Position numbers and translations under genes: made by a program
Notes under the pieces: model-generated
What the model was told of the DNA's origin: nothing
The model's input: the letters and a program-made list of their open reading frames with translations, nothing else
Database searches by the model: none
Origin: Methanobacteriota archaeon
Lineage (GTDB): Archaea > Thermoplasmatota > Poseidoniia > Poseidoniales > Poseidoniaceae
DNA length: 64,000 nt
Assembly (NCBI GenBank): GCA_038104845.1
Contig: JAYOBJ010000006.1
Span: forward strand, 10,994 to 74,993
Direction of reading: 5' to 3'
Shown here: piece by piece, positions 17,919 to 27,866 of the stretch
Numbering within the stretch: the first letter of the stretch is position 1
How the letters are laid out: each line of letters opens with the position of its first letter

Positions 17919-18917
17919 ATGAGCAGGGACCCTGTGGATTTGGAACAACTTCGTCACGGCAGCAGCCTCGTCAAGCGTGGCTTTGCTCGCATGCAACAGG
18001 GCGGTGTCATCATGGACGTCGTCAACCCTGAGCAAGCCGCTGTGGCCGAAGACGCTGGAGCCGTCGCCGTCATGGCGCTGGAACGGGTTCCCGCCGACAT
18101 CCGCAAAGCCGGTGGTGTGGCTCGAATGAGCCACCCTGACATGATCCAAGGCATCTTGGATTGCACGTCCATCCCGGTCATGGCCAAATCACGCATCGGA
18201 CACGAGGGCGAAGCCAGGATTCTCGAGGCAATGGGCGTTGACATGGTGGACGAGAGCGAAGTGCTCACGCCTGCCGACCCTTACTTCCACATCAACAAAC
18301 ACACTTACGACATCCCCTTTGTGTGCGGAGCGACCGGACTCGCCGAGGCCGTTCGCAGAATTTGGGAAGGAGCCGCCATGATTCGGACCAAGGGTGAGGC
18401 TGGTACGGGCAACGTCGTCGCTGCCGTGACCCACGCTCGGTTGATCGACCAAGAAATTCAGCAAATCCAATCCTTGGACGATCACGGTTTGAACGCATGC
18501 ACCGAACAAATCATCGATCGGTACAAGGTGCTTGCATCACAGTCCACGTTGCCTGGCACCCACCTGCACACGCCCTTTGGCCCGGTGGACGACACCATGC
18601 ACGCCGGCGTCCGGGCCGTGTTGGATGAGGTTCACAAACTCGGTCGATTGCCCGTCGTGACCTTCTCCGCCGGTGGTATTGCGACCCCCGCTGATGCCTC
18701 GTTGATGATGCGCATGGGGATGGACGGTATCTTCGTCGGTTCGGGAATTTTCAAGTCAAGCGATCCCAAAACCATGGCTGACGCCATCGTGATGGCAACC
18801 GCCCACTACGACGATGCATCGAAGGTCGCCGAGGCCATGGCGATGATGGCCGGTGAACCCATGAAGGGCGACGAGCTGGAAACCCTCGAAATCCGATTGG
18901 ACCAACGGGGATGGTGA
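17919..18917 (+). CDS. pdxS: Pyridoxal 5'-phosphate synthase subunit PdxS
   Basis: [69 protein letters not shown]. No adjacent pdxT. Confidence 0.95.
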   Translation: MSRDPVDLEQLRHGSSLVKRGFARMQQGGVIMDVVNPEQAAVAEDAGAVAVMALERVPADIRKAGGVARMSHPDMIQGILDCTSIPVMAKSRIGHEGEARILEAMGVDMVDESEVLTPADPYFHINKHTYDIPFVCGATGLAEAVRRIWEGAAMIRTKGEAGTGNVVAAVTHARLIDQEIQQIQSLDDHGLNACTEQIIDRYKVLASQSTLPGTHLHTPFGPVDDTMHAGVRAVLDEVHKLGRLPVVTFSAGGIATPADASLMMRMGMDGIFVGSGIFKSSDPKTMADAIVMATAHYDDASKVAEAMAMMAGEPMKGDELETLEIRLDQRGW

Positions 18918-18921
18918 ACGC

Positions 18922-19161
18922 TCAGTTGAGCGGATCGGCAATTCCTTTCTCACCCAAGGTCCACTTGAGCGTTTTCACGACGCCTTGAAGCGCTTTGTGA
19001 TTCCGTGCTGCTTCCTTCATGCCCTTCTGATCGTCTTCGCTCTTGCACGTTTCGTACCAAGCTTTCCATTCCTTCATTTTGACTTCTGCCCGTTCAAGCA
19101 TTGCCTCAATTTCCTCCCAAGTGCGGTCGTACGACCGCTCAGGTGCCTCGTTGTGAACCAT
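18922..19161 (-). CDS. Small helical hypothetical protein
   Basis: 79 aa from the ATG at 19161, charged and helical (WEEIEAMLERAEVKMKEWKAWYE). Last gene of the minus-strand gene string. Confidence 0.4.
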   Translation of the reverse strand: MVHNEAPERSYDRTWEEIEAMLERAEVKMKEWKAWYETCKSEDDQKGMKEAARNHKALQGVVKTLKWTLGEKGIADPLN

Positions 19162-19220
19162 GGTCCTCAAATTCCGCCGACTCGGCAGGGTATTTATGCT
19201 CTTGTCCGGGATGCCCAAGT

Positions 19221-20270
19221 TCAGGCTGGGATTCGCTGACCGTCGAATTCAGCAGGTCCAAGGCGTTCTCCGTCACCCACCACACAAGCGTTCAACACCG
19301 TTCCGGTGGCCAGCGCCACGTTGGTTCCGATGACAGAATCGGTGATGATGCATCCGGCGGGTACCGTGGTGCCACCCATCAGCAACGACCCATTGACGTG
19401 AGCACCGGCGGCCACCCGGCATCCAGTGCCAAGATAACTCCGCTCGACTTCGCCTTCCACCTCAACGCCGTTGGCCAGTACACTGTCCGCATGAACAATG
19501 GCGCCCTCTTGCAAAGAAAATGGGAGATCTTCACGTTGTTCCAACAACATCGCCTGTGCGTTCAGCAACTCGTTTGGCTGGCCAACATCAAACCAGACAC
19601 CGTCGATGGTTTGGGCGAACATCGGCCATCCCATGGCCAACAGGTGCGGAAACAATTGTTTGCTGAAATCAAATTTCTGACCGACCGGCACATGCTCAAA
19701 CACATCGGGTTCCAGGATGTACAGACCTGCGTTGATGATGTTGGAGAAGGCTTCCTCGGGGGTTGGCTTTTCGAGAAACCGTCGAATGAAGCCCGAACGC
19801 AGGCCACCGTCCACCTCACCGTCGCGCGTCGATGACAGACCAACGATGCCAAATTCGGAGGGGTCGTCCACGGCCCACAACGCCATCGTGACCTTGGCAC
19901 CGCTGGTGCGATGTGCATCCACCAGTGCCAGGATGTCAAACGAGGCGACGGCATCCCCCGAGCCAACGATGATGGTGTCGTTGATGCGGTCACGGAGCAA
20001 TCCCACACTTCCCGCTGTCCCCATGGGCGTGGCTTCCTGATTCACCGAAGCGTTGAGTCCTGGACGGTTCCACGACGCCACGTGTTGTTCCAATTGGCTC
20101 CCCTGGTACCCGGTGGTCACGATGATGTCAGAAACGCCAGCTTGCACCATGGCGTCTTTGACGTAGTCAATCACGGGCCGGCCCAGCAGTTCCACCATTG
20201 GCTTGGGGCGGCTTCGTGTCAATGGCATCAAGCGAGAACCTTGACCTCCGGCCATGATAATGCCCAGCAC
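19221..20270 (-). CDS. Sugar-1-phosphate nucleotidyltransferase with C-terminal left-handed beta-helix
   Basis: GIIMAGGQGSRLMPLTRSRPKPMV is the NTP-transferase G-loop. Hexapeptide-like C-terminus. GTG start at 20270. Confidence 0.85.
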   Translation of the reverse strand: MLGIIMAGGQGSRLMPLTRSRPKPMVELLGRPVIDYVKDAMVQAGVSDIIVTTGYQGSQLEQHVASWNRPGLNASVNQEATPMGTAGSVGLLRDRINDTIIVGSGDAVASFDILALVDAHRTSGAKVTMALWAVDDPSEFGIVGLSSTRDGEVDGGLRSGFIRRFLEKPTPEEAFSNIINAGLYILEPDVFEHVPVGQKFDFSKQLFPHLLAMGWPMFAQTIDGVWFDVGQPNELLNAQAMLLEQREDLPFSLQEGAIVHADSVLANGVEVEGEVERSYLGTGCRVAAGAHVNGSLLMGGTTVPAGCIITDSVIGTNVALATGTVLNACVVGDGERLGPAEFDGQRIPA

Positions 20271-20279
20271 AGCAAGACC

Positions 20280-21281
20280 TCAGCGTCGACGAACGGGATT
20301 CAGTCGGCGCATGTTTTTCTTTTTGGGGTTGGATGCGCCGCGCATGTCTTTCTTCACGGGCTCGTTGCTTCCGATGCCACCGAAAACAAGTTGCCCCTCG
20401 CTCAACAACGAGGCGACCATTTGGTCGGCCACTTCATCGGATTCAGCACCGGTTTTCATCTCGGCCTTCACGGCGTTGTTGTGGTCAACCATCCATGATT
20501 TGCGTTCCTCGACCGCCATGTTGAGTTGCTCACGCACCTTGTTGACATCCACCATCAATTCGGTGATCTTCTCGTGGACGCCGTTGGCCTTCTCATGGTA
20601 TTCCACGGACTCCAGGTGGTGCCGATCGCCTTCGGCCTTCAGGAAATCCCGGTGATCGAGGCCTTCCTTGTATTCAGCCCACTTCTCATCGGCCCGCTTC
20701 AGCGCTTCAACGAAGAGGTTGTGGGCATCGTCGGATTCAGCCTTGAGGGTCGCAATGGCTTCGTCGAGGTTCGACAGGTCAACGCTCACGAGTTCGAATT
20801 TTTCCACTTCAGGCGCCAATTCCTCTGCACGACGCTTCATGCGCTTGATGCGCTCCATCGTCTCTTTTTCCTTCTTGGTGCTGGATGAAGTGGTCTGAAA
20901 CTGCTCGTCAAGGTTCTTGATTTCATTCATCAATTGAGAGTACTCAGCGGTGGCTGATTTTTTTGAACCCGCTTCTGACCTTCGACCTTTCGCTTGGCCA
21001 AAGAGTTCCTTCAATTGAGCGTTCACGGCGTCGCGCTTGGCTTTGTGGAGGTTGCGCTCGGCGTGGATGGCGTCCAACTCGGACTTCACAAGTTTGAGTT
21101 TGTCACGATGTTCGCGATACTGTTCCTGCACTCCATCCCGCTTTTTGGCCAGGGCTTTGCCTTGTTCTCGCAAGGAATTGCGCGTCTCGCGCATCTTGCG
21201 AACCTTGGCTTCCATGGTTTGAAGTTCTTCACGAAGCCCTGCATCGGGTTTCTTTTCATCGTCGCCCCTGAGGCCGCGCAT
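20280..21281 (-). CDS. Archaeal coiled-coil protein (COG1340-like), paralogue A
   Basis: 333 aa, almost entirely heptad-like charged helix. Shares a central segment (SQLMNEIKNLDEQFQTTSSSTKKEKETMERIKRMK) and a C-terminal motif (DQMVASLLSEGQL) with paralogues at 26564 and 28265. Confidence 0.7.
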   Translation of the reverse strand: MRGLRGDDEKKPDAGLREELQTMEAKVRKMRETRNSLREQGKALAKKRDGVQEQYREHRDKLKLVKSELDAIHAERNLHKAKRDAVNAQLKELFGQAKGRRSEAGSKKSATAEYSQLMNEIKNLDEQFQTTSSSTKKEKETMERIKRMKRRAEELAPEVEKFELVSVDLSNLDEAIATLKAESDDAHNLFVEALKRADEKWAEYKEGLDHRDFLKAEGDRHHLESVEYHEKANGVHEKITELMVDVNKVREQLNMAVEERKSWMVDHNNAVKAEMKTGAESDEVADQMVASLLSEGQLVFGGIGSNEPVKKDMRGASNPKKKNMRRLNPVRRR

Positions 21282-21343
21282 GATTCATTCCACGGCCAAC
21301 CACCTATCAAGCCTGCGGATGCTGCGCGAAACACGTGCAACGG

Positions 21344-22921
21344 TCACCCGGTGATCCCAAAGACCTGAAGCGAAATCAAAACGGATGAGACCAGCACACC
21401 ACAACCGCCCAAGACATAGGCCATGATCGCTCCAGTTCGACGAAGCCACTGACTGAATTCAGCTCGCACGCGAACGTTGATCTGGCGACCCAAGAGGAGT
21501 TCTCCGTTCGTCTCCTCCAAACGGACGGAAACGGTGGCGTCCCCGTTGGAGATGGGGACCAAGGTCTGCCACGACACCGTGCTGTCCATCAACAATCCCG
21601 ACATTTTCCCGAGGACATCGTCGTTGCCCTTTTGCGCCAACGGGAGGGCCTTGGAGGACCACCAGTATCGCTCGCCGGGTTCGAGTCGATACGTCAACGC
21701 CACGTCCTTGGGGAGGAAGTTGGGCGTTTGCACACGGAACACCACCGTGCGTGGCTGGTCGGACAGGTTGTGAAAGAGGGTGAATAAGTTGGCGCGGTCG
21801 GTCACGACGTTTTCCATGTCAACCTCAAACACGAGATCGTCCATTGCTGGGTCATCGCCCGACTCCAAGTTCTGTTTCAACCGATCCACCATTCGGAAAA
21901 AGGCGGGGCTCCGCTTGGAGATGGTCCCCATCAGCACCAACCAAACCTCGAGGGTGAACACGGGGTGGGTGAACACGTACTCCATGCCCTTGAGGGTCAA
22001 AATTTCCTTGAGTTCGTCCTCCATGGTGGAGCGGTCGAGCCCAGTGGCGTGGCGGTACAAGGTCATCAGAAATTTTTCGTGAGCGAACGCTCGTTTCACC
22101 GTTTTTCTGAAACCGTCTTCAAGCCCCTTGCAATATTCGTCGTATTCCGAGCGGAGCAACGGGTCCATGTGGGTCTTGAGCAAGTCGTTGAAGACCATCG
22201 ACAAGGTTGATGGATGAACTGGAGGGGAATACGCCGCCATGAGTCCGGTTCGGTCCACCATGTTGAACGGGGTTGAGCGCGTGGGGAGGTGGGAGCCCAC
22301 AGAAAGCACCAAAAACGCCGCAGCCCCCAACAGCGAAAGCGTGCCCATTTCATCGGCCGGCCCGACGTAAAGCACAACCAGCAACATGAACGACGACAGG
22401 ACGGCGAACACCAAACTGCGGTTGTGGTGATGACCGGCCTGCTTCATGGAGTAAACCAAGCCGTCGAAACCGTGCAACGAAGCGACCGAGCGGTGGTCGT
22501 CGTTCGAATCGTCAATGCGTTGCTCAAACGCTCGCATGGACATCGCAACACGGTACCGGTGAAACCCAACCGCAAGGGTGTAGCCCAGAAGGACAACAAA
22601 GGAGATCGATGCCAAAAACACGGAAAATGTCATGTTCAAGTTGGGTTCAATGTTGTCCGCCCACCACTCCGGCGATGCCGAGGAAAACGCCCATGTAACA
22701 AAAAACGTGAACGCAGTGAATGCTGGGAGGAACAGGACCAACCGGAGGCCAGAACTGATGATTTGTGAATCGATGGCGTGAAGGACCGATTCCGACAGCC
22801 GGAAGCCGACGTCGGGCGGTGAGCTACCGACCTTGGACTCGGGCGCTGAAACACTTGTGGTTTCATCCGAGGGTTGGCCGGCCCCCTCTGCGGTATCGTC
22901 ACCCGCAGCGTCGTCCGCCAT
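21344..22921 (-). CDS. Polytopic membrane protein with large soluble domain and C-terminal TM (hypothetical)
   Basis: Four N-terminal hydrophobic helices, a ~280-aa hydrophilic domain and a C-terminal helix AIMAYVLGGCGVLVSSVLISL. ATG at 22921; the track start at 22978 is TTG and would overlap the DtxR gene. Confidence 0.65.
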   Translation of the reverse strand: MADDAAGDDTAEGAGQPSDETTSVSAPESKVGSSPPDVGFRLSESVLHAIDSQIISSGLRLVLFLPAFTAFTFFVTWAFSSASPEWWADNIEPNLNMTFSVFLASISFVVLLGYTLAVGFHRYRVAMSMRAFEQRIDDSNDDHRSVASLHGFDGLVYSMKQAGHHHNRSLVFAVLSSFMLLVVLYVGPADEMGTLSLLGAAAFLVLSVGSHLPTRSTPFNMVDRTGLMAAYSPPVHPSTLSMVFNDLLKTHMDPLLRSEYDEYCKGLEDGFRKTVKRAFAHEKFLMTLYRHATGLDRSTMEDELKEILTLKGMEYVFTHPVFTLEVWLVLMGTISKRSPAFFRMVDRLKQNLESGDDPAMDDLVFEVDMENVVTDRANLFTLFHNLSDQPRTVVFRVQTPNFLPKDVALTYRLEPGERYWWSSKALPLAQKGNDDVLGKMSGLLMDSTVSWQTLVPISNGDATVSVRLEETNGELLLGRQINVRVRAEFSQWLRRTGAIMAYVLGGCGVLVSSVLISLQVFGITG

Positions 22922-22958
22922 GTTCGCAGGAGGAGCGAGGTGTTCTAAAGCGTTCAGC

Positions 22959-23621
22959 CTAAGGACGAACCCGCTCAACCAAAATTCCGTTCACCCACGC
23001 ATCGTCAAGGTTGAGCACCATCTGGGTTTCGGTGAACCAGATGGAATTGTCCAGCGTCAACACGGATTGAATGCCGATGCCCTGTTGCGCCAGCCATTCA
23101 GTGACCTGCCCAGGAAGCAGCATGAGGCGGACCGTGTATTGTCCGGAGGCGTGAGCCGAAGCGAGTGGTTCAATCGAAGCCACCGCGTTGAGTCGGGCTT
23201 GAATACGCTCACTGGGTGCTGGGATGGGGCGGCCGCTGGGATCGGTGGTTTGGCCGCTCAGCATGGTGGACAGCGCCACCTCGAGGTCATCGTCGATGGC
23301 GTGTTCAAGCCTGCAGGCGGTTTCGTGGGGGTTGCCGTCGTACGGTAGAAGATCGAGCAACACCTCTGCCAAACGATGACGTCGCTTCATCTGCTGACCG
23401 TGCACCAATCCGTCTGCCGTGAGTTTGGCACCCTTGTAGGGTACGTATTCGAGGTAGCCTCTTGCAGCGAGACGCTGGACCATCTCCGTGGCGGAAGCCG
23501 GTTTCACGCCAAGCTTTGCTGCCAGGTCACCCGTGCGCACCCTTGCGTGAGGATGTTGCTCATGAAACTCGTACATCATCTCAAGATATTCGTCCTCGAA
23601 CTCTTGAAAGTGGCCGACCAC
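22959..23621 (-). CDS. DtxR/MntR-family metal-dependent transcriptional repressor with C-terminal SH3-like (FeoA-type) domain
   Basis: EDEYLEMMYEF...TGDLAAKLGVKPASATEMVQRLAARGYL (wHTH), RRHRLAEVLL, HETACRLEHAI metal-site region. Confidence 0.85.
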   Translation of the reverse strand: MVGHFQEFEDEYLEMMYEFHEQHPHARVRTGDLAAKLGVKPASATEMVQRLAARGYLEYVPYKGAKLTADGLVHGQQMKRRHRLAEVLLDLLPYDGNPHETACRLEHAIDDDLEVALSTMLSGQTTDPSGRPIPAPSERIQARLNAVASIEPLASAHASGQYTVRLMLLPGQVTEWLAQQGIGIQSVLTLDNSIWFTETQMVLNLDDAWVNGILVERVRP

Positions 23622-23641
23622 GGTGAATCACGACGGGCGAA

Positions 23642-26074
23642 TTACGGCAGGTCTGCTTTGAATACCTTTGTGCAGGCGGGACATCGTACCGAGCCCTCGT
23701 GGTTTGAAGGAACCCGAAGTTGTTGGCTGCAATCGGGGCACGAAACGGTGATCTTCTCGGGTGTGGGTGAGATGGCTGGTTTCGAAACGGCTGCAAGTGC
23801 GGCTGAGGCATCGAACCGGTGCGAGCAATCCGGACAGCCAACCGAGCCTTCGTACGTGGCCGGAAGCCGAAGCCGTCGCTCACACGATGGACAGGCCACT
23901 TCCACCTTGACATCCTCCTCCTGCTTGGGAGAGGCATCAAGCGAGGGGGGTTTTGTGGTTCGGTCGGGCCGATTGGTCATGACCCTCGCAACGGCGATGA
24001 TGACGCCACCCAACACGGCACCCCAAAGGATGGAAGCCCACGGAAGACCGGCAGACGGTTCTTCGGGTGGCGAACCGGCGAGGTAGGTGGCTTGGGCATC
24101 GATTCGCTGTCCATCAACGTCCCAAACTGCGTGAATCAACACGTTGGTGCCGCTGGGCCAATCCACCATGATGCGCTGCGTGGAAATGGATCCGGACCAT
24201 GCATCCACCGGCTCTTCAGCGAGCAAGGCACCGTAAGCATCGAGGAGGCGAACGGTTCCTGCAGGAGCCTGAAGAGCCCCGGTTTGCTCAAACTGAAGCT
24301 CAAGGCTGACCTCATCACCCACCACAGGGCGAATGGGTGAAACCACTGGATTGAGCGTCAACCGGTACGTCGTCGTTTCTTCGGGAAGGGTCGTTGACAC
24401 CGAGAGCGGTCCCGGCCCGATGGACCAGCCCATCGGCGTGATGCGCACCACAGCCCGATCACCGACGGCTTGACCCAGGTCAAATTCATGCACCAGATAT
24501 CCGGGTTCAAACAAACGCTCCTGTTCAAGAACATAGGTCGGCCCGTCACCAGCATCCACACCGACCTGCAACAAGGCCGTGCGGTCAGGCCCATCCTCCA
24601 ATTGCGTGGACACCGTTAACACCGTGCGTCCGTTGATGGTTTCAACACCAACAATGCCGATGCCAATTGACTGTGGAGGCGATACCGTGAGGGTCAACGC
24701 ACCGGAAGAGACACCTTCAAACCCGCCATCGTCGGAATCCAAGCGCCAGGTCATGGCATGCTCCCCTGTGGTGGCGTGCAGGTGCTCGACCCTCACTTCG
24801 CCCGCTGCACCTGCTTCCAGGGTCGCCCAATCGCCAGCGGTCTCGATGGACCCGTCCGTCAGCACCAATCGCAACCGCCCCTGACGATCGCCGGTGTTGC
24901 GAACGAGCAAATGCGCACCCATCGCATCGCCTTGGTGCCACGGGCCGCCCTCCAGCGAGAGCGAAGTGGTTCCGGCGATGCTGAAACTCGCAGATTCGAG
25001 ATCAAAAACCTTCACCGCCGGCCAAGCGTCGCCGGCCTCAGTCCGGGGACCCGCATGTGAACAGGAGAGTGACATCGGCCTGGCAAGCACGGAGAGGTTC
25101 ACCTCGACGTGCTGCCCCTGAGCAAGGGACAGTGTTTCGTTGTGAAGCGTTTGATTTCCATCGCCGCAGACCAGGTGTCCGTTGAATGCAGCCGTCCCGT
25201 TGTTCCAGACCGTGAGCATCAGCGACACCGGGTCCCCGGCCACCAAGGTTGCCTGGTCCACCTCATCGAACAAACCGTTCAGCAACGGCAACGGCGGTGG
25301 TGCGACGGTAAGGATGCCTTCACGCTCCCGTTCCGATTCGTCCTCGCCGATGTCCCCAAGGAGCCTCAACGACCATGACAGATTTCCCTCGGCCACCGTC
25401 GCCGTTCGATCGACCGTTTGCACAATGGATGACATGGCCGGCACCGAGATGTTGCTCAAGTTGTGAAACAACGTGGTGTTCATCTGTGTGGTCGACACGT
25501 GCAAACTCCCGTTCCAATCAACATCGCCGTCGTTGATGATCGGGACGAGGAAGCGCAGACCGTCGCCATCGTGCACGCTGGTGTTTCCTGTTTCAGACCC
25601 GTTCCCGCTCAATCCGGTGATGGTGGGTGACCCCAAACCGACATCGAGGGGCCGCAGCCGTTGCAACGGGCGTGTGAAGGCACTCAGGTGTGTTGAGGTG
25701 TTGGCACCCACGTCACCCTCAAGGGAAACGTACAGCGTGGTCAATCCAAACGGAACGTCGTTCAGCGTGAGATTGTACACACGAGAAGCCCCGCTTCCAA
25801 GCGTCTGGTTGGGCAACACCGTCTCGTTCAGCATGTCGCCCTCAACGGATTGAAGTCCATAACGCAGGGAATAATTCGCCGTGCCGCTCGCGAGTTCCTC
25901 CACGGTCACGGACCAGTCCACCGTGGAGGCATTGACGGTCAAGGTGGTGTTGCTCGTGCTTTCCGTCGTTGCCAATCCTGCCGCGCCGGCGGTGGCTGCG
26001 ACCGGTGGTAGCGTGAGAACCGAAGCGAGGAGGAGCATCACAAGAATGCCCGCTCGAACCGAATCGCTCCGCAT
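23642..26074 (-). CDS. Surface protein with CARDB-like Ig repeats, one TM helix and two cytoplasmic MJ0042-type zinc ribbons
   Basis: Signal peptide from the ATG at 26074 (MRSDSVRAGILVMLLLASVLTLPPVAATAGA). Repeated xVxNxG-type beta-sandwich segments. TM WASILWGAVLGGVIIAVARV. C-terminal VACPSCERRLRLPATYEGSVGCPDCSHRF and VSCPDCSQQLRVPSNHEGSVRCPACTKVF. Confidence 0.75.
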   Translation of the reverse strand: MRSDSVRAGILVMLLLASVLTLPPVAATAGAAGLATTESTSNTTLTVNASTVDWSVTVEELASGTANYSLRYGLQSVEGDMLNETVLPNQTLGSGASRVYNLTLNDVPFGLTTLYVSLEGDVGANTSTHLSAFTRPLQRLRPLDVGLGSPTITGLSGNGSETGNTSVHDGDGLRFLVPIINDGDVDWNGSLHVSTTQMNTTLFHNLSNISVPAMSSIVQTVDRTATVAEGNLSWSLRLLGDIGEDESEREREGILTVAPPPLPLLNGLFDEVDQATLVAGDPVSLMLTVWNNGTAAFNGHLVCGDGNQTLHNETLSLAQGQHVEVNLSVLARPMSLSCSHAGPRTEAGDAWPAVKVFDLESASFSIAGTTSLSLEGGPWHQGDAMGAHLLVRNTGDRQGRLRLVLTDGSIETAGDWATLEAGAAGEVRVEHLHATTGEHAMTWRLDSDDGGFEGVSSGALTLTVSPPQSIGIGIVGVETINGRTVLTVSTQLEDGPDRTALLQVGVDAGDGPTYVLEQERLFEPGYLVHEFDLGQAVGDRAVVRITPMGWSIGPGPLSVSTTLPEETTTYRLTLNPVVSPIRPVVGDEVSLELQFEQTGALQAPAGTVRLLDAYGALLAEEPVDAWSGSISTQRIMVDWPSGTNVLIHAVWDVDGQRIDAQATYLAGSPPEEPSAGLPWASILWGAVLGGVIIAVARVMTNRPDRTTKPPSLDASPKQEEDVKVEVACPSCERRLRLPATYEGSVGCPDCSHRFDASAALAAVSKPAISPTPEKITVSCPDCSQQLRVPSNHEGSVRCPACTKVFKADLP

Positions 26075-26165
26075 GGCACTTGCTGTGTGTGGGGGTTCTT
26101 CACCTTCACGCCACAAGGCATGCCGAGGGATTCCTTCTTGTAGATTGGAAGCCCAGCGGGGCTCC

Positions 26166-26567
26166 ATGCACACGAAGGCGTTGGTGGACCTAACGCCTGT
26201 TGCACTGGTCGAGCTGATCAAAGCCAAACACCACCAACTCCTCAACGAACTGCCAGGTTTGTTGGAGGTTCGTGAACAGGAACTGTCGCGTGCCTTTGCG
26301 GCTGCAAAGGTGGCACGAACCGCTTTGGCTGAGGACCCAACGCCGTCCAACACCCATGAACACGACGAGCGGGAAGCGTTTCGCCGTGCAGCGGAATCTC
26401 GGGTGTACCGCTTGAGGGAGGCCTGTGCCAATGCCGAACGCTGCATGACGTACTGGAACGACGAAACGGAACCTTGGCGGGACCTGCTTGAAGCCAGGGA
26501 CCGTGTGGATGCGGGGCACCCACCGCGCTTCAAATCAAAGAACAACCGCGGTGGTGAACGTGCGTGA
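26166..26567 (+). CDS. Helical hypothetical protein
   Basis: 133 aa from the ATG at 26166, divergent from the receptor gene. The stop overlaps the GTG start of the next gene (GTGA). Confidence 0.45.
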   Translation: MHTKALVDLTPVALVELIKAKHHQLLNELPGLLEVREQELSRAFAAAKVARTALAEDPTPSNTHEHDEREAFRRAAESRVYRLREACANAERCMTYWNDETEPWRDLLEARDRVDAGHPPRFKSKNNRGGERA

Positions 26568-27337
26568 AAAGGTCATCAGGACACACCAATTCGGGCCATA
26601 ACGAGGCACAATTAGCGTCCCTGGTCGAGGCCATCACCGACCTCAAGCAACGACGCACCGCCGTTCGCCAACGTCGTCACATCAACGGCCTTGCCATCGC
26701 TTATGGAAAGCGCGACAACCGCACCCTCACACTTCCAGGACAACTTGAGTCCTCCGATGACCCGATCATCCGTGAGGTGCTTGACGCCAAAGCCACCTTT
26801 TTGAACGCACACGCCGAACGGGAAGCCATCTCCAGCACCGTGCCCATTCCACGAGCCACGATTGAAAAACGGTTGAGGCACCTGATGAAATCCCTCACCA
26901 GCAACACGGGCGTTGACGGCGTCAAACCGGTTGACGTTGAGCGAGACGCCTTTGCAGAATTCTTTGAAATCCAAGCGCTCCACCGCCGGGTCGGCTCACT
27001 GGAAGCGGCCAATGCAGCGATGATCCTCGCTCGCGAGCGGCTGCAACAAGGTCTGGCTGCACTCAACAAGCACAACCGCAGCGCCCATCGAGAAGAACAA
27101 GGCATCCAACGGCGGTTGGACGAAGCCTTCAGCGCCGCACGGGCGATGCGTCGTGAAGTGGGCCGCTCCAATTCGCCATCCCGCCCCACCGTTTCCGTGG
27201 CCGCATCCGAATCGCTGATGGAACGGTTCCGTGCAGGTCAACCCATCTCCATGGATGAGATGCATGCCATGTTGGAGCACAGCAGTTTGTTCAAAGATCC
27301 CGACCCAACGGATTTAACGGAACCGACGGAGGCGTGA
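26564..27337 (+). CDS. Coiled-coil protein, divergent COG1340-like paralogue B
   Basis: GTG start. Helical and charged. The C-terminal SLMERFRAGQPISMDEMHAMLE resembles the tail motif of paralogue C (LMAKLLSGGTLSTEELMQLQ). Confidence 0.55.
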   Translation: MKRSSGHTNSGHNEAQLASLVEAITDLKQRRTAVRQRRHINGLAIAYGKRDNRTLTLPGQLESSDDPIIREVLDAKATFLNAHAEREAISSTVPIPRATIEKRLRHLMKSLTSNTGVDGVKPVDVERDAFAEFFEIQALHRRVGSLEAANAAMILARERLQQGLAALNKHNRSAHREEQGIQRRLDEAFSAARAMRREVGRSNSPSRPTVSVAASESLMERFRAGQPISMDEMHAMLEHSSLFKDPDPTDLTEPTEA

Positions 27338-27350
27338 TACCTTGCCATCG

Positions 27351-27866
27351 ATGGCTTGGGTGCCTTGCGAAGAACCGCGTCACTTATCCCAACAGCACTG
27401 TCAAGATGTCCTGACGTTGTTTCTGGAAGAAACCGGTGAACAGTACGCTGAAACATCGGTTCGACACCTCCCGATCCCAGCATGGGGCGGGAACATGAAA
27501 CTCGTCGACCTTGATGTGAAACAGCCCCCCATCGAGGGTGTGTTTTGGGCCACGCCGTTCATGGACGACATCGTGCGCGTGGCAGCGTTCGTGGTTCATC
27601 GCCGCCACCAGGGCAAGGGGTACGGCACCTTGGCTTGGTCCCGCTTCGTACGGCACGCCATCGAGGCTGGGTTCGACCGTGTCCAGCTCGAGGTGAAAGC
27701 AGCGAACACACGGGCTCAATCGTTCTACACCCAACGTGGGTTAGCTGTTCATGATTCGCTGATCGGCTACTATGCATCGGGCCCAGGCTACATGATGCGA
27801 GGACCCTTGCGCATTGATCATGGAAAAGACCATGATGCGCAGTGCGGGGGTGAACACCGTGTTTGA
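27351..27866 (+). CDS. GNAT-family N-acetyltransferase
   Basis: VAAFVVHRRHQGKGYGTLAWSRFV is the acetyl-CoA binding R/QxxGxG motif, followed by QLEVKAANTRAQSFYTQRGL. Confidence 0.75.
   Translation: MAWVPCEEPRHLSQQHCQDVLTLFLEETGEQYAETSVRHLPIPAWGGNMKLVDLDVKQPPIEGVFWATPFMDDIVRVAAFVVHRRHQGKGYGTLAWSRFVRHAIEAGFDRVQLEVKAANTRAQSFYTQRGLAVHDSLIGYYASGPGYMMRGPLRIDHGKDHDAQCGGEHRV

Noticed and set aside
26075-26545. N-terminal 157 codons of the 967-aa track ORF
   Set aside because: This stretch is Ser/Arg-rich with no features. A good signal peptide begins exactly at the ATG at 26074. The region also overlaps the divergent plus-strand gene that starts at 26166.
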